A stretch of 64,000 bases of DNA from Desulfuromonadales bacterium (GTDB lineage Bacteria > Desulfobacterota > Desulfuromonadia > Desulfuromonadales > SZUA-540), in the NCBI GenBank assembly GCA_033549025.1, contig JAWSUS010000002.1, positions 96,001-160,000 of the forward strand, read 5' to 3'. Positions 47,245 through 57,102 of the stretch are shown here, piece after piece; position 1 is the first letter of the stretch, and each line of letters opens with the position of its first letter. A program made the translations under genes and the position numbers. The notes under the pieces are model-generated. The model saw only the letters and a list, made by a program, of their open reading frames with translations, was not told the origin of the DNA and did not search any database.

Positions 47245-47619
47245 ATGGGACAGGAAATAAGCGACCAACCGGTACGGGAGAAAGCCGACCCGAGGAAAAA
47301 CCTGCGTTCCCCGCTGATCGCCCTGCGGGTTCGCATGGACGATGGACAGAAGTCCTTTTTCGGCTATACCAAGAATATCAGCCGCAGTGGCATTTTCATC
47401 GGCACCGTCAACCCCCGGGAACCCGGCAGTCAATTCCGGGTGGAGATCCCCCTGCCCTCGCCGTTGAACCGAACGATCGAGTGCACCTGCGAAGTCGTCT
47501 GGAAACGTCACTTTACCAAAGGCGCTCCCTACGAACCCGGCATGGGACTCAGATTTACCGACCTGCCGGATGAAATCGCCAACGCCATTGACACGTGGAT
47601 CGACAGCCAGGAGGGCTAG
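47245..47619 (+). CDS. PilZ-domain protein
   Basis: RKNLR and NISRSG c-di-GMP motifs, GMGLRF. Confidence 0.88.
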   Translation: MGQEISDQPVREKADPRKNLRSPLIALRVRMDDGQKSFFGYTKNISRSGIFIGTVNPREPGSQFRVEIPLPSPLNRTIECTCEVVWKRHFTKGAPYEPGMGLRFTDLPDEIANAIDTWIDSQEG

Positions 47620-47776
47620 TTAGCCCCTTTACCCCTCACCTTTCTCACCGCTTCAGGGCCTGGCGCAAGTCGGAGGCGGTTTCCAAGCCGACCGCCCCTT
47701 TCCGGACCCATACGACGACATCCACCATCCGCCTCCTTTCCTGCCTTCACTTGCAACCCGCAACAGGAGTTTTTCC

Positions 47777-49078
47777 GTGAAAAAATCATCTTTGCTCGTT
47801 ATTTTGCTGCTGGTCGCCCTCGGCGCCGGGGCATTTTACTACTTCCGCGACACCAGCGCCCCGACGGTCACCCTCTCACCCGATAGCGGCGCCGTCTCCC
47901 CCGCCCGCCCCCTCGAACTGCATCTTGAAGACACCGGGGCCGGCATCAGAGAGCTGACCGTCGCCCTGCTGCAACAGGGCGCTGCCAATACCCTGCTGAG
48001 CAAAACCTATCCCGCCGGAACCAGCACGATTCGGGAGGACTTGAACCTTGCTGAAACCAGCCTGGCGGAAGGGCCCTTTGAAATCCTGATCACCGCCGGG
48101 GATCATGCCGTCTATCATTTCGGCAAGGGCAACCGGGTCGAGCAGAGTTTCTCCTTTTCCCTTGACCGGACCCCGCCTCTGGCCACCGTCATCAGCACCG
48201 GACACAATTTCGTGCAGGGGGGCGCCTCCCTCGTCACCTTCCGTCTCGCCGAAGAGGTCAGCCAGGCCGGTATCGTCTTTGCCGATCGTTTCATCCCTGC
48301 CCACCGCCAGGATTCCGGACTCTATGCCTGCCTGGTGCCTTTTCCCAACGACCTGCCCGAAAAGGATTTCGTCCCCCGCATACAGGCCGTCGATCTGGCC
48401 GGCAACGAAGCGATGACCGGCATCTTCTACCGGGCCAAGGAGCAGACCTTCCGGCAGCGCCGCATCAACATCGATGACCGCTTCCTGCAGGCCAAAACCC
48501 CTGAGTTCAAGGCCCTGGTGCCCGAGGCCGGCACCCCGGTGGACATCTTTTTAGCCGTTAACCGCCAGCTGCGCCAGAGCAACCGGGAAAAACTGACCGA
48601 GTTTGCCCGGCAGACCTCGGCCGCCCCCCTGTGGGAAGGCGTTTTTCTCCGTCAGCCCCAGTCGGCCACTCTCGCCCTGTTCGGGGACCGCCGCAGCTAC
48701 TACTACAACGACCAGAAGATCGACAGCCAGATTCACCTCGGCATCGACCTCGCCTCCGTCGCCCAGGCCCCGGTTCATGCCGCCAACGCCGGGCGTGTGG
48801 TCTTCGCCGGCTATCTGGGGATCTATGGCCAGTGCGTCATCATCGACCACGGCCTTGGTCTGCAGACCCTGTACGGACATCTGAGCAAAATTGACGTGGC
48901 GCAGGATGAGACGGTGGGCAAAAACCAGGTTATCGGCAACACCGGCCTGACCGGCATGGCGGGAGGGGATCACCTGCACTTCGGCGTCGTCGTGGCCGGT
49001 GTGCCGGTCAATCCCATCGAATGGTGGGATGCCCAATGGCTGAAGAACAATGTCGATTCCCGTCTGTCCGCTCCCTGA
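47777..49078 (+). CDS. M23 family metallopeptidase
   Basis: HLGID, YGHL, HLHF; N-terminal membrane anchor. Confidence 0.9.
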   Translation: MKKSSLLVILLLVALGAGAFYYFRDTSAPTVTLSPDSGAVSPARPLELHLEDTGAGIRELTVALLQQGAANTLLSKTYPAGTSTIREDLNLAETSLAEGPFEILITAGDHAVYHFGKGNRVEQSFSFSLDRTPPLATVISTGHNFVQGGASLVTFRLAEEVSQAGIVFADRFIPAHRQDSGLYACLVPFPNDLPEKDFVPRIQAVDLAGNEAMTGIFYRAKEQTFRQRRINIDDRFLQAKTPEFKALVPEAGTPVDIFLAVNRQLRQSNREKLTEFARQTSAAPLWEGVFLRQPQSATLALFGDRRSYYYNDQKIDSQIHLGIDLASVAQAPVHAANAGRVVFAGYLGIYGQCVIIDHGLGLQTLYGHLSKIDVAQDETVGKNQVIGNTGLTGMAGGDHLHFGVVVAGVPVNPIEWWDAQWLKNNVDSRLSAP

Positions 49079-49104
49079 GTCCGGGCGGGCAAAACACCAA
49101 AAGC

Positions 49105-49136
49105 AAGGGCCTGGTCGCGACAGCGATCAGGCCCTT
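49105..49136. terminator. Hairpin terminator between convergent genes
   Basis: AAGGGCCTGGTCGC-GACA-GCGATCAGGCCCTT. Confidence 0.75.
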
Positions 49137-49143
49137 TGTGGTT

Positions 49144-50256
49144 TTAGCGGATGTGTACCGGGGCGAAGCCTCCTCCCGGCGTGCGCATATTGGTCACCTG
49201 CCCCTGGTAGAGGCGCGCCGTCACGCCAAGGACGCGGTCGCGATAGACATAGAGGCGGAAATCCGTTTTCATGACTTCGTCGCCGCTGGCGGTGACGGAC
49301 GGTTCCACCAGGCGCTGGACAAGGGTTTGCTCCGGCTCGAGCTGGTCAAAGCGGCTGCGGGAAATCTTGCGGCCCAGCAGGACGCCGCGGCTGCCGAATC
49401 GGTCGACGGGCTTAAAGACCCATTCCTTGCGCTGCTGCCACAGTGTATCAGGGTCCATGGCGGCCATCATCCGGCTCTCGGGCACTGTTTCGGCCAGCAG
49501 ATCGAGCACCGCCGGCGAAACCCCAAGGGAGGCCATGGCTTCCCGGTCCGTCCACAGCGCCAGCCGACGCTTGTCGGCCAGCAGGCCATAGACATGGGGG
49601 TTGGGGGAAAGGCAGAGCTTGCGGGCCAGGTAGGCGGCGCGGAGGCCGGCCATGGCCTCGCTCTCCAGGTAGAAATCGCAATGCCGGTTGTAGATGAAGT
49701 CTACCGGCTCGCCGTCATGAAAGACGCCCTCGGCCCCCGCCACCAGCTCCTGCGGATCGACAATCGCGGCCGGAATGCCCCAGCGCGTAAAAAGCTCACG
49801 AAATGCCAGCATCTCGGGATAGAGAAACTGCTCGCCCGGTTGCTCGTCGACGATGGCGAGACGCCGGGGCAGCTGCTGGCGACCGGCGCTGAAGGCTTCC
49901 ATTTCCCTCAGGAAGGAGTAGCGCAGCAGCTCTTCCAGCCGTCGCGGCAACGCCAGGGTTCCCGCCGCCTCACCGGGATGATGGGCCCAATGGGCGAGCA
50001 GCCCCCCGCCGGCGTTGGTGTTGACCTCGATGAGGCTGGGCACCGCCCCGGTCACATGAAAGTCGAACCCCATCATCACCGCGTCGTGCCCCGGGTCGAA
50101 GCGGGCGACCTCGGGTAGCGACGGGGATAAATACTCTCGGTAACGCCGGTTGCGGCTCAGGGCGAAAAGCGCCTTCACCAGGCGTATCATGCTTTTTAAG
50201 GCGGGACGCGGCAGGGTGACCGGCGCCACACTGACCGCTGCTTCGAAACCGCTCAT
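49144..50256 (-). CDS. ATP-grasp protein of the glutathione-synthase/circularly permuted type
   Basis: MGFDFH...LIEVNTNAGG, VDFIYNR, NP...LADKRRL, WVFKPVDRFGSRGV, LVQRLV, DFRLY. Confidence 0.7.
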   Translation of the reverse strand: MSGFEAAVSVAPVTLPRPALKSMIRLVKALFALSRNRRYREYLSPSLPEVARFDPGHDAVMMGFDFHVTGAVPSLIEVNTNAGGGLLAHWAHHPGEAAGTLALPRRLEELLRYSFLREMEAFSAGRQQLPRRLAIVDEQPGEQFLYPEMLAFRELFTRWGIPAAIVDPQELVAGAEGVFHDGEPVDFIYNRHCDFYLESEAMAGLRAAYLARKLCLSPNPHVYGLLADKRRLALWTDREAMASLGVSPAVLDLLAETVPESRMMAAMDPDTLWQQRKEWVFKPVDRFGSRGVLLGRKISRSRFDQLEPEQTLVQRLVEPSVTASGDEVMKTDFRLYVYRDRVLGVTARLYQGQVTNMRTPGGGFAPVHIR

Positions 50257-50420
50257 CCTTCCTCCGTCCAGTCAGGTTCAGGCGGTCATCATGCCACACT
50301 CGCGGCCTTTTGCAAATGGTCGGAGGAGCCGGACATTGACAAAGAGGACGTCTGCCGTAAAATTCTTTTCATCTTCGAGCAACACGGTGGTCAACTCTAC
50401 GGCAAAGGAAACGGGCTTCT

Positions 50421-50744
50421 ATGAAATATTCCTGCGTGATTCTGTTTATCCTCATCCTGGGTCAGACCCCGGCCTTCGGCGCCAAGCAGATGGAAAACCT
50501 CGGAGCCATCACCCCGACGACGGTCGATGATTTCCACAGGGTCATCGACAACCGCTGCGGCATCTGCCACTCCCGCGAGCGCGTGGATGTAGCCATTGCC
50601 CAGCGCCGGTCCCTCGAAAAGCTGCAGCAGCAGATGATCGAGCGGGGAGCGGTTCTCGATCCCCGTGACAAGGAGGTTCTGGGCACCTTCTGGGGCCGCC
50701 CCTTCGCGGGCGAGGACAAACCCACCCCGCAGCCGGCCCACTAG
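50421..50744 (+). CDS. Small monoheme c-type cytochrome
   Basis: Signal peptide and CGICH. Confidence 0.75.
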   Translation: MKYSCVILFILILGQTPAFGAKQMENLGAITPTTVDDFHRVIDNRCGICHSRERVDVAIAQRRSLEKLQQQMIERGAVLDPRDKEVLGTFWGRPFAGEDKPTPQPAH

Positions 50745-50806
50745 CCGTCCCGCCGTCTTTTTACTGCCAACACGCCAGCCTTGCGGCCACTTCCCTCTGG
50801 ACTGTC

Positions 50807-51493
50807 ATGCATCAGATCAAAAACTGGCCCGCCGACGAGCGGCCACGGGAGAAGCTTCTGCACAAAGGGCCCGAAGCCCTGAGCGATGCCGAACTTCTCG
50901 CCCTCATCCTGCGCACCGGCGACGCCTCCAGCCGCTGCAGCGCCCTTGACCACGCGCGCCAGCTGCTGGCACGTTTTTCCACCCTGCGCACCATGGCCCA
51001 GGCTTCAGTGACGGAGCTGTGCGAACTCAAGGGAATCGGGCCGGCCAAGGCAGCCGAGCTCAAGGCCGTCTTCGAACTGGCCCGCCGCTTCGCCGCGGCG
51101 CCTTTGCAGCCCGGGGAAAAGTTCAGCTGCGCCGAAGAGGTCTTCCAGCATTTTCACGAGCGTCTGCGGGATCGGAAAAAAGAGGTCTTTCTGACGGTGC
51201 TGCTTGACAGCAAAAACCGGGTGATCCGCGAAATTCAGGTTTCGGAAGGGAGTCTCTCGGCCAGCATCGTCCACCCCCGGGAGGTCTTCGCCCCGGTGGT
51301 GCGGGAATCGGCGGCCGCCCTTCTGCTCGTGCACAATCACCCCTCCGGCGATCCTTCACCGAGCCGCGAAGATCTCGATATCACCAGCCGTCTCCGTAGC
51401 GCCGGCGAACTCATGGGAGTGCGCGTGCTCGATCACATCATCATCGGCAACGGCACCTATGTCAGTCTGGCCGACCGCGGCCTCATGTCCTGA
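50807..51493 (+). CDS. radC: RadC/JAB-domain protein
   Basis: ERPREKL...LSDAELLA, GIGPAKA, VHPREVF, HNHPSGD, LDHIII. Confidence 0.95.
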   Translation: MHQIKNWPADERPREKLLHKGPEALSDAELLALILRTGDASSRCSALDHARQLLARFSTLRTMAQASVTELCELKGIGPAKAAELKAVFELARRFAAAPLQPGEKFSCAEEVFQHFHERLRDRKKEVFLTVLLDSKNRVIREIQVSEGSLSASIVHPREVFAPVVRESAAALLLVHNHPSGDPSPSREDLDITSRLRSAGELMGVRVLDHIIIGNGTYVSLADRGLMS

Positions 51494-52551
51494 CCGACTT
51501 CGGCGTACTCGAAAAAACTCTTCTGCGGCAGGCGCACCTCCTGCTGCAGGAGCAGGTCGTTGATCTCGGCCGGCCCGTAATATTCGGCTTCGGCGGCGCG
51601 GCCGTGGGGCAGCAGGAAACCGAACTGGGGCACGAAGGTGTTGCGCTTGACCGAATGATCCAAAGTCAGGCCGGCGATGGCCAGAATGTTGCGCTCGCCG
51701 CTGTCGAAGGAATCGGTCAGGTAGGAGGCCAGCCGGTGAAACTGCCGCCAGGTGTTGATGTCGGCAAGGCGGCGGTGGGGGCGCTCCGAGGTAACGATAT
51801 CCGGCAGGAAATCGAAGACGGTCACCTCCAGCATCGCCTTGATATCATGACTCTGCGGATCGAGGGCACGGCTGAAGACGAAATATTCGGCGCCGAGCAG
51901 GCTGCCGATGGCCTGGGGCTCGGCGCCCAGCTCCGCCAGCACCACTTCGTTTTTTTCCACAAAGGCCGGATGCAGGCGGTAAACCTTGCCGTGACTCGAA
52001 TCCCGCAGGGCTTCGCCATCCACCAGGCGGCGCAGATGCAGGACGATGCGGGCCTCATCGCTCTGACCGTGCCGAAAGAGATATTTGTAGGGGATCTCAA
52101 CCTTGAGCCCGCCGACCCCGCGAAAGAGCCGAATGGAGGCGGCCGCCCGCCGGTAGATGACCAGATAGCCTTCCAGCAGACGATAGAGAGCGCTGCAGCA
52201 GGGGGCGACCTCGCCGTGAATCCGTTCGACATAGCCGATGCCCTCTTCCTCCCGGATGCCATGATGGCTGCCGCCCAGGATAACGAGATCCTGACCGTGA
52301 TGGGAGGCCGGCACCAGGCGCTGGGGGTCGAGCAGCCCGCCGACGCGACCAAGGTTGAAGACCGGGCAGTCAAAGACATAGCCGAGCAGGGCCTTCTTGA
52401 TCCCCTGGCTTTCGTCCGAGCACTGCCAGACGGCAGGCAAAATCTGGCGGAACCCTTTGTGGGCGGCGAGAGCGTTCATCCGGCCGTAAAGCTCCATCAG
52501 TTCCATGGGGGCCTGGTGCAAAAAGGGTTCGGCAGGGGGGGAAATGGGCAT
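51457..52551 (-). CDS. Hypothetical protein; N-terminal half resembles LCIB/LCIC-type beta-carbonic anhydrase
   Basis: CSDE...FNLGRVGGL...SHH...SHHG...R.HG...CCSAL; AAAGGAG RBS. Confidence 0.6.
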   Translation of the reverse strand: MPISPPAEPFLHQAPMELMELYGRMNALAAHKGFRQILPAVWQCSDESQGIKKALLGYVFDCPVFNLGRVGGLLDPQRLVPASHHGQDLVILGGSHHGIREEEGIGYVERIHGEVAPCCSALYRLLEGYLVIYRRAAASIRLFRGVGGLKVEIPYKYLFRHGQSDEARIVLHLRRLVDGEALRDSSHGKVYRLHPAFVEKNEVVLAELGAEPQAIGSLLGAEYFVFSRALDPQSHDIKAMLEVTVFDFLPDIVTSERPHRRLADINTWRQFHRLASYLTDSFDSGERNILAIAGLTLDHSVKRNTFVPQFGFLLPHGRAAEAEYYGPAEINDLLLQQEVRLPQKSFFEYAEVGQDMRPRSARLT

Positions 52552-52625
52552 GGCTCGTCTCCTTTCGCAAAAAAGAATAACACCGTTCTACCCCGGACGC
52601 CAGATCTAACCTCTCGACTAAGCGC

Positions 52626-52709
52626 TTGAATTGCTGACCGGGAACATGATATTTTAACGGCCGACTTACCTCACCAGGCCGGGGGAAACCAACCCGGCTT
52701 GTTTTTTTT
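52626..52709 (+). promoter_or_regulatory. Promoter plus leader terminator-like hairpin upstream of U32 gene
   Basis: TTGAAT-18 bp-TATTTT with extended TG; AGGCCGGG/CCCGGCTT stem followed by G and T8. Confidence 0.45.
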
Positions 52710-52725
52710 CAGCAACCGCCAGACC

Positions 52726-55128
52726 GTGGATACCCCTGTGACCTCACCGATTGTACCCGCCACCGCCAGAACCAGACCCGAACTTTTGTCCCCCGCCGGC
52801 AGTCTGGAGGCTTTTTTCGCCGCCATGGAAGCGGGCGCCGATGCCGTCTATGCCGGCCTGCGCGATTTTTCCGCCCGCGCCAAGGCGCGCAATTTCACCC
52901 TCGGCGACATGGAGAGGATGCTGGCCTACGCCCACGGACAGGGGCGCAAGGTCTATGTCACCCTCAACACCCTGGTCAAGGAGACGGAACTGCCGCAGCT
53001 GGTCGACACCCTGAGCGCCCTGGAGGCCATGGGCATCGACGCCGTCATCCTGCAGGATCTGGCCGTGTGGCGTCTGGCCCGCGAGCACTTTCCCGGCCTG
53101 GAGCTGCACTCTTCCACCCAGATGACGGTACACAACGCCGCTGGCGTCCGCATGCTCGAACGCATGGGCTTTTCGCGGGCGGTGCTGGCCCGCGAGCTGA
53201 GCCTTGAGGAGATTGCTGCCATTCGCGCCCAGACCAGCATGGAGCTGGAGCACTTCATCCATGGCGCCCTTTGCTTCTGCTTTTCAGGTCAGTGTTATTT
53301 CTCCTCCTATCTCGGCGGCAAGAGCGGCAACCGCGGGCGCTGCGCTCAGCCCTGCCGGCGGCGCTACCGCTATCGCCAGCAGGAGGGCTACTACTTCTCC
53401 ACCAACGATCTGTCCGCCATCGATCTGCTGCCGGAGCTCACCGAGGCGGGCATTATCAGCCTGAAGATCGAAGGGCGCATGAAGAGTGCCGAGTACGTCT
53501 CCAACGTGGTGTCCGCCTACCGCCTGGCTCTGGACGCGGCCCCCGCCCAGCGGGCCGAAGCGGTACGCCAGGCCAAGGAGCATCTCAAGGCCTCCTTCGG
53601 CCGCAACCCCACCAAGGGTTTTCTGCCCGGCGGTATCCCGCACGACATCGCCATCCCCTCGGTCAAGGGGGCGACGGGTCGCTTTCTCGGTGATGTCAGT
53701 CAGGTCAAAGGGGGAACCATCTCTTTCAAGACCCGCGACCGTCTCCATATCGGCGACCGTCTGCGCATTCAGCCGAAAACGGACAAGGCGGGCACGGCTT
53801 TCACCATCAAGGAACTCCAGCAGGGACGCCGGCCGGTCAAAAAAGTGGCGGCGGGCACCTTTGTCTCCGTGCCTTCCCCCTTTGAAAACACCTTCAAGGC
53901 GGGGGACGCCGTCTTCAAGGTGTCGTCCGAGCAGGCTTTCACCCTGAGCGAAACGGCCTGCCGCCGCAAACTGGAGCAGGCCGGCCCCGTCCCCGAAAAG
54001 GTCGACCTGGTCGTCTCTCTTACGGCAGATCGCCTGACCCTGCGCGCCCAGGTCGACGACTTCGATCTGGAGCAGAGCTACCCCGTCGAAACCTTTGCCG
54101 CCGAGGAAAGTCCCCTCAGCCACCAGACCCTGGAGGCCGTTTTCGCCAAGAGCGGCCCGGAGCCTTTCCGGCTGGGCGACCTTGCCACCGGCGACCTGCC
54201 GCCGGTAATCATCCCGCCCAGCCAGCTCAAGCAGATCCGCCGCGATTTTTATCAGCAGCTTGCCCAGGCGCTGCGCCGGGAACGTCAGACCCGGCAGAAC
54301 CGCCGGCGCCAGGCCGCCCTCGCCGCCCTGCTGCCGGCCGGCCAGCCCCCGCAGGAACGCCGCCAGCTTACCCTGGGCTTGCGCGATCCGCGGGATATCG
54401 GGCTGCTCCTCGACCCGGACGTGGACCGGGTCATGCTGCCGCTGACCCCGTCCAACGTCAACCAGCTGCGCCTCGGCAAGGGACTGTCCGGCAAAGAGGA
54501 CCGCATTATCTGGGATATCCCTTTTGTGCTGCTGGGGAATCAATGGAACGATACGCGCAAGGCCATCCGAATTCTCGTCAGCCGCGGCTTCAGCCATTTC
54601 AGCCTGGGCAACCTCGGGCATTTCCCGCTTTTTGACGGGCTCGACGGCCTGCATCTGCACACCAGCTACCGCCTCTTCAGCCTGAACAGTCAGGCCATAC
54701 TCGCCTGGCGTGAGCTGGGCGCCGAGGAGGTCTCCCTCTACATCGAGGACGACAGGGACAACCTCGCCGAACTGCTGGCGCGGGACACGGGCGTTTCCGC
54801 CGCCGCCACCGTCTACACCCGCGTCCCCCTTATCACCTCGCGCATTCCGATCCGCTCGGTGCGCGCCGATCAGCCGGTGGTTTCCGACCGCGGCGACACC
54901 TACCGGGTCGACCAGCGCGGCGGCCTCACGGTTCTCTCCTCCACCGTCGACTTCTCGCTGCTCGGGCAGCTGGATGTTCTGCAGTCCCTGGGCTGCCACC
55001 GTTTTATCGTCGACCTCTCCCACCTGGGCCCCCATTCCCCCGAAGGTAAAAAAGTGCTGCAGGTGCTCAAAAAGGGGGGAGAGGTGCCGGGAACCTCTTC
55101 CTTCAACTTCGAGCAGGGCCTGGAATAG
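52726..55128 (+). CDS. U32-family protein, long form (RlhA-like); start approximate
   Basis: ELLSPAG, HSSTQM, LARELS, HGALC...SGQC...NRGRCAQPCR, KIEGR. Confidence 0.88.
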   Translation: MDTPVTSPIVPATARTRPELLSPAGSLEAFFAAMEAGADAVYAGLRDFSARAKARNFTLGDMERMLAYAHGQGRKVYVTLNTLVKETELPQLVDTLSALEAMGIDAVILQDLAVWRLAREHFPGLELHSSTQMTVHNAAGVRMLERMGFSRAVLARELSLEEIAAIRAQTSMELEHFIHGALCFCFSGQCYFSSYLGGKSGNRGRCAQPCRRRYRYRQQEGYYFSTNDLSAIDLLPELTEAGIISLKIEGRMKSAEYVSNVVSAYRLALDAAPAQRAEAVRQAKEHLKASFGRNPTKGFLPGGIPHDIAIPSVKGATGRFLGDVSQVKGGTISFKTRDRLHIGDRLRIQPKTDKAGTAFTIKELQQGRRPVKKVAAGTFVSVPSPFENTFKAGDAVFKVSSEQAFTLSETACRRKLEQAGPVPEKVDLVVSLTADRLTLRAQVDDFDLEQSYPVETFAAEESPLSHQTLEAVFAKSGPEPFRLGDLATGDLPPVIIPPSQLKQIRRDFYQQLAQALRRERQTRQNRRRQAALAALLPAGQPPQERRQLTLGLRDPRDIGLLLDPDVDRVMLPLTPSNVNQLRLGKGLSGKEDRIIWDIPFVLLGNQWNDTRKAIRILVSRGFSHFSLGNLGHFPLFDGLDGLHLHTSYRLFSLNSQAILAWRELGAEEVSLYIEDDRDNLAELLARDTGVSAAATVYTRVPLITSRIPIRSVRADQPVVSDRGDTYRVDQRGGLTVLSSTVDFSLLGQLDVLQSLGCHRFIVDLSHLGPHSPEGKKVLQVLKKGGEVPGTSSFNFEQGLE

Positions 55129-55139
55129 GAGCGGGCGCC

Positions 55140-57077
55140 ATGCCGGGCACGTCGGGATATCTTCTCCTCGCCGAAAAGACCGCCGCCGAACCGGAGGGGC
55201 TGGCGGATGTCCTCCGCTTTTTGTCGGCGCAGTACGGACTCGACATCTATCAGGCCCGCCAGCGTCTGCTCGGCGCGGGCAAAGCTCTGCTGGCCCGGGG
55301 CGATCATGACCGCCTGACCGCCATGGCCGCGCCTCTGCGGCAGGCGGGTGTCGCCGTCTGGGTGGTGCAGCCGACCCGGCCCGCTTTCGTTCCGGCCCGG
55401 GTGCGGGAGATCCGCGTCACGCCGGAGACACTTTTTTTCACGACCGAAAAAGGCACGACCGCGCTGCCTAAGGGAGCCGCCGTCCTGGCCGTGCTTGCCG
55501 ACCTCAGCGGCACCCTGGCCAAACGCCACATCAAGAACCTGCTGGCCCAAAACGCCTACCGTGGCCAGGAGCACATCGTCCCTCTCGACTCCCGCCAGCA
55601 CTACCGCATCATCCTGCGGGCCCGGCCGGTGCTGGACGTCTATCGGCTGGATGACGAAGGGCGGATCGCTGAAGCCCTGCGCTTCGTACCCGGGCGCTTC
55701 AACCCCCAAGGGCTGGGTGAGCTGGCGGGCCTGAGCGGGGCGGAAAACCTGCATCAGCTGGTGCAGCTCCTGCGGCGCCAAGCCGGCGAGTTTACCCTGA
55801 ACACCGAGTTCGGTCTGGCCCAGCTGCCAGGCTGCCAGCTCGACGAAACGAAACTCGGCGAAAAAGCGTCACCGGAGAATCTCAACCGCCTCACCCTCTT
55901 CGGCTGGCGCCTGGCCGATCTGCGGCGGGCTCAGGCCGAACAGAAAGCCGGCGACGCCGGGCCGGAGGCAGACGTCGCCCCCCTGCTGGCGGCCGTCGCC
56001 ACCGTAACAAAGATGGACGAGGCGACTACCGACGCGGACCCGGCGACGGCGCCCGACCCTTCATCCTGGCGGGGCCTGCCGCCCCCGCCGCCGGACCACC
56101 GCCAATCGCGGCACTTTTTCACGCGGCCCGTCCCGGTCTTTTTTACCATGGCGGCCCTCGGCGCCGGTTTCGCCCTGCTTATGGGGCACAACGACCGACT
56201 GCTGGGCGAACTGTTCCGCCAAGGGATGAAGACAGGGGTGCTGCCGGCCCTCCTCTCCGCCATTCTGCTGGCAAGCGGCTTTCATTTCATCCGCCTCAAG
56301 CGTCTGCTTGAGAACACCCCCACCAGCCGCATACGCTCCCTGGCCCTGGGGATGGTCGAGGTCCACGGCCGCGCCCGGCGCCGCTACGCCCTGGTCTCCC
56401 CCATGACCCAGTCCCCCTGCGTCTATTACCGCCTTAAAAAATATCGGCGCGACGACCGTGACCACACCTGGAGCCTGGTAAGCACGCTGGACAGCGGCTA
56501 CGTCTCTTTTCTGCTCGACGACGGCAGCGGCCGCGTCATCGTCGACCCCCAGGGTGCTCGTGTGCGGCCCAAGTCGAGCCAGGAAGGCTACCCCGGCCAG
56601 ACGGGTCTGCTCGTGCGGGGCAACGAGCCCGATGAAAAATGGGTGGAGGAGTTGATTCACGAGGGGAGCCCGGTCTATATTCTCGGGCAGGCCTACCAGG
56701 AGCGCTCCCCGGCACCGACCCTGCGGGAACGCACCCGCGCGATTCTGCAGGGCTATAAGCAGGATCCGGCTAAACGGCAGCGGTTTGACAAAAACCGGGA
56801 CGGCCATCTCAGCCCGGATGAGTGGGACGAGGCGCGGCAGGCCGCCGAGCAAGAGGCCCTGCATCAGGCTCTGCACGCTACCGGCAGTAGCGGGCGGGGC
56901 GCGGTGATTATCGGCCGTGACCCGCACCGACGCCTGCCCTTTATTATCGCCGAAACGCCCTCGGAGGCGCACCTGACCCGCAACTACGGCCTGACCGCCA
57001 TTCCCCTTTTCCTCGCCGCCGTCGCGGCGGCTTTCTGGTCTCTGACCCGGCTGGTCCCGCTGCTGACCGGCCCTTAA
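55140..57077 (+). CDS. Membrane protein with GIDE-like domain and EF-hand
   Basis: ENTPTSRIRS...VEVHG...CVYYR...LDDGSG; EF-hand DKNRDGHLSPDE; TM helices. Confidence 0.7.
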   Translation: MPGTSGYLLLAEKTAAEPEGLADVLRFLSAQYGLDIYQARQRLLGAGKALLARGDHDRLTAMAAPLRQAGVAVWVVQPTRPAFVPARVREIRVTPETLFFTTEKGTTALPKGAAVLAVLADLSGTLAKRHIKNLLAQNAYRGQEHIVPLDSRQHYRIILRARPVLDVYRLDDEGRIAEALRFVPGRFNPQGLGELAGLSGAENLHQLVQLLRRQAGEFTLNTEFGLAQLPGCQLDETKLGEKASPENLNRLTLFGWRLADLRRAQAEQKAGDAGPEADVAPLLAAVATVTKMDEATTDADPATAPDPSSWRGLPPPPPDHRQSRHFFTRPVPVFFTMAALGAGFALLMGHNDRLLGELFRQGMKTGVLPALLSAILLASGFHFIRLKRLLENTPTSRIRSLALGMVEVHGRARRRYALVSPMTQSPCVYYRLKKYRRDDRDHTWSLVSTLDSGYVSFLLDDGSGRVIVDPQGARVRPKSSQEGYPGQTGLLVRGNEPDEKWVEELIHEGSPVYILGQAYQERSPAPTLRERTRAILQGYKQDPAKRQRFDKNRDGHLSPDEWDEARQAAEQEALHQALHATGSSGRGAVIIGRDPHRRLPFIIAETPSEAHLTRNYGLTAIPLFLAAVAAAFWSLTRLVPLLTGP

Positions 57078-57102
57078 CCTTCCCTTTCACAAGGAGATAC
57101 CT

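Noticed and set aside
47620..47776. Possible ncRNA between the PilZ and M23 genes
   Set aside because: Only weak pairing; no recognisable family, promoter or terminator
50807..51493. radC as a marker of a mobile element
   Set aside because: Full-length chromosomal form with host-like composition and no mobile neighbours
53284..55035. 583-aa - strand ORF
   Set aside because: Antisense shadow of the U32 gene
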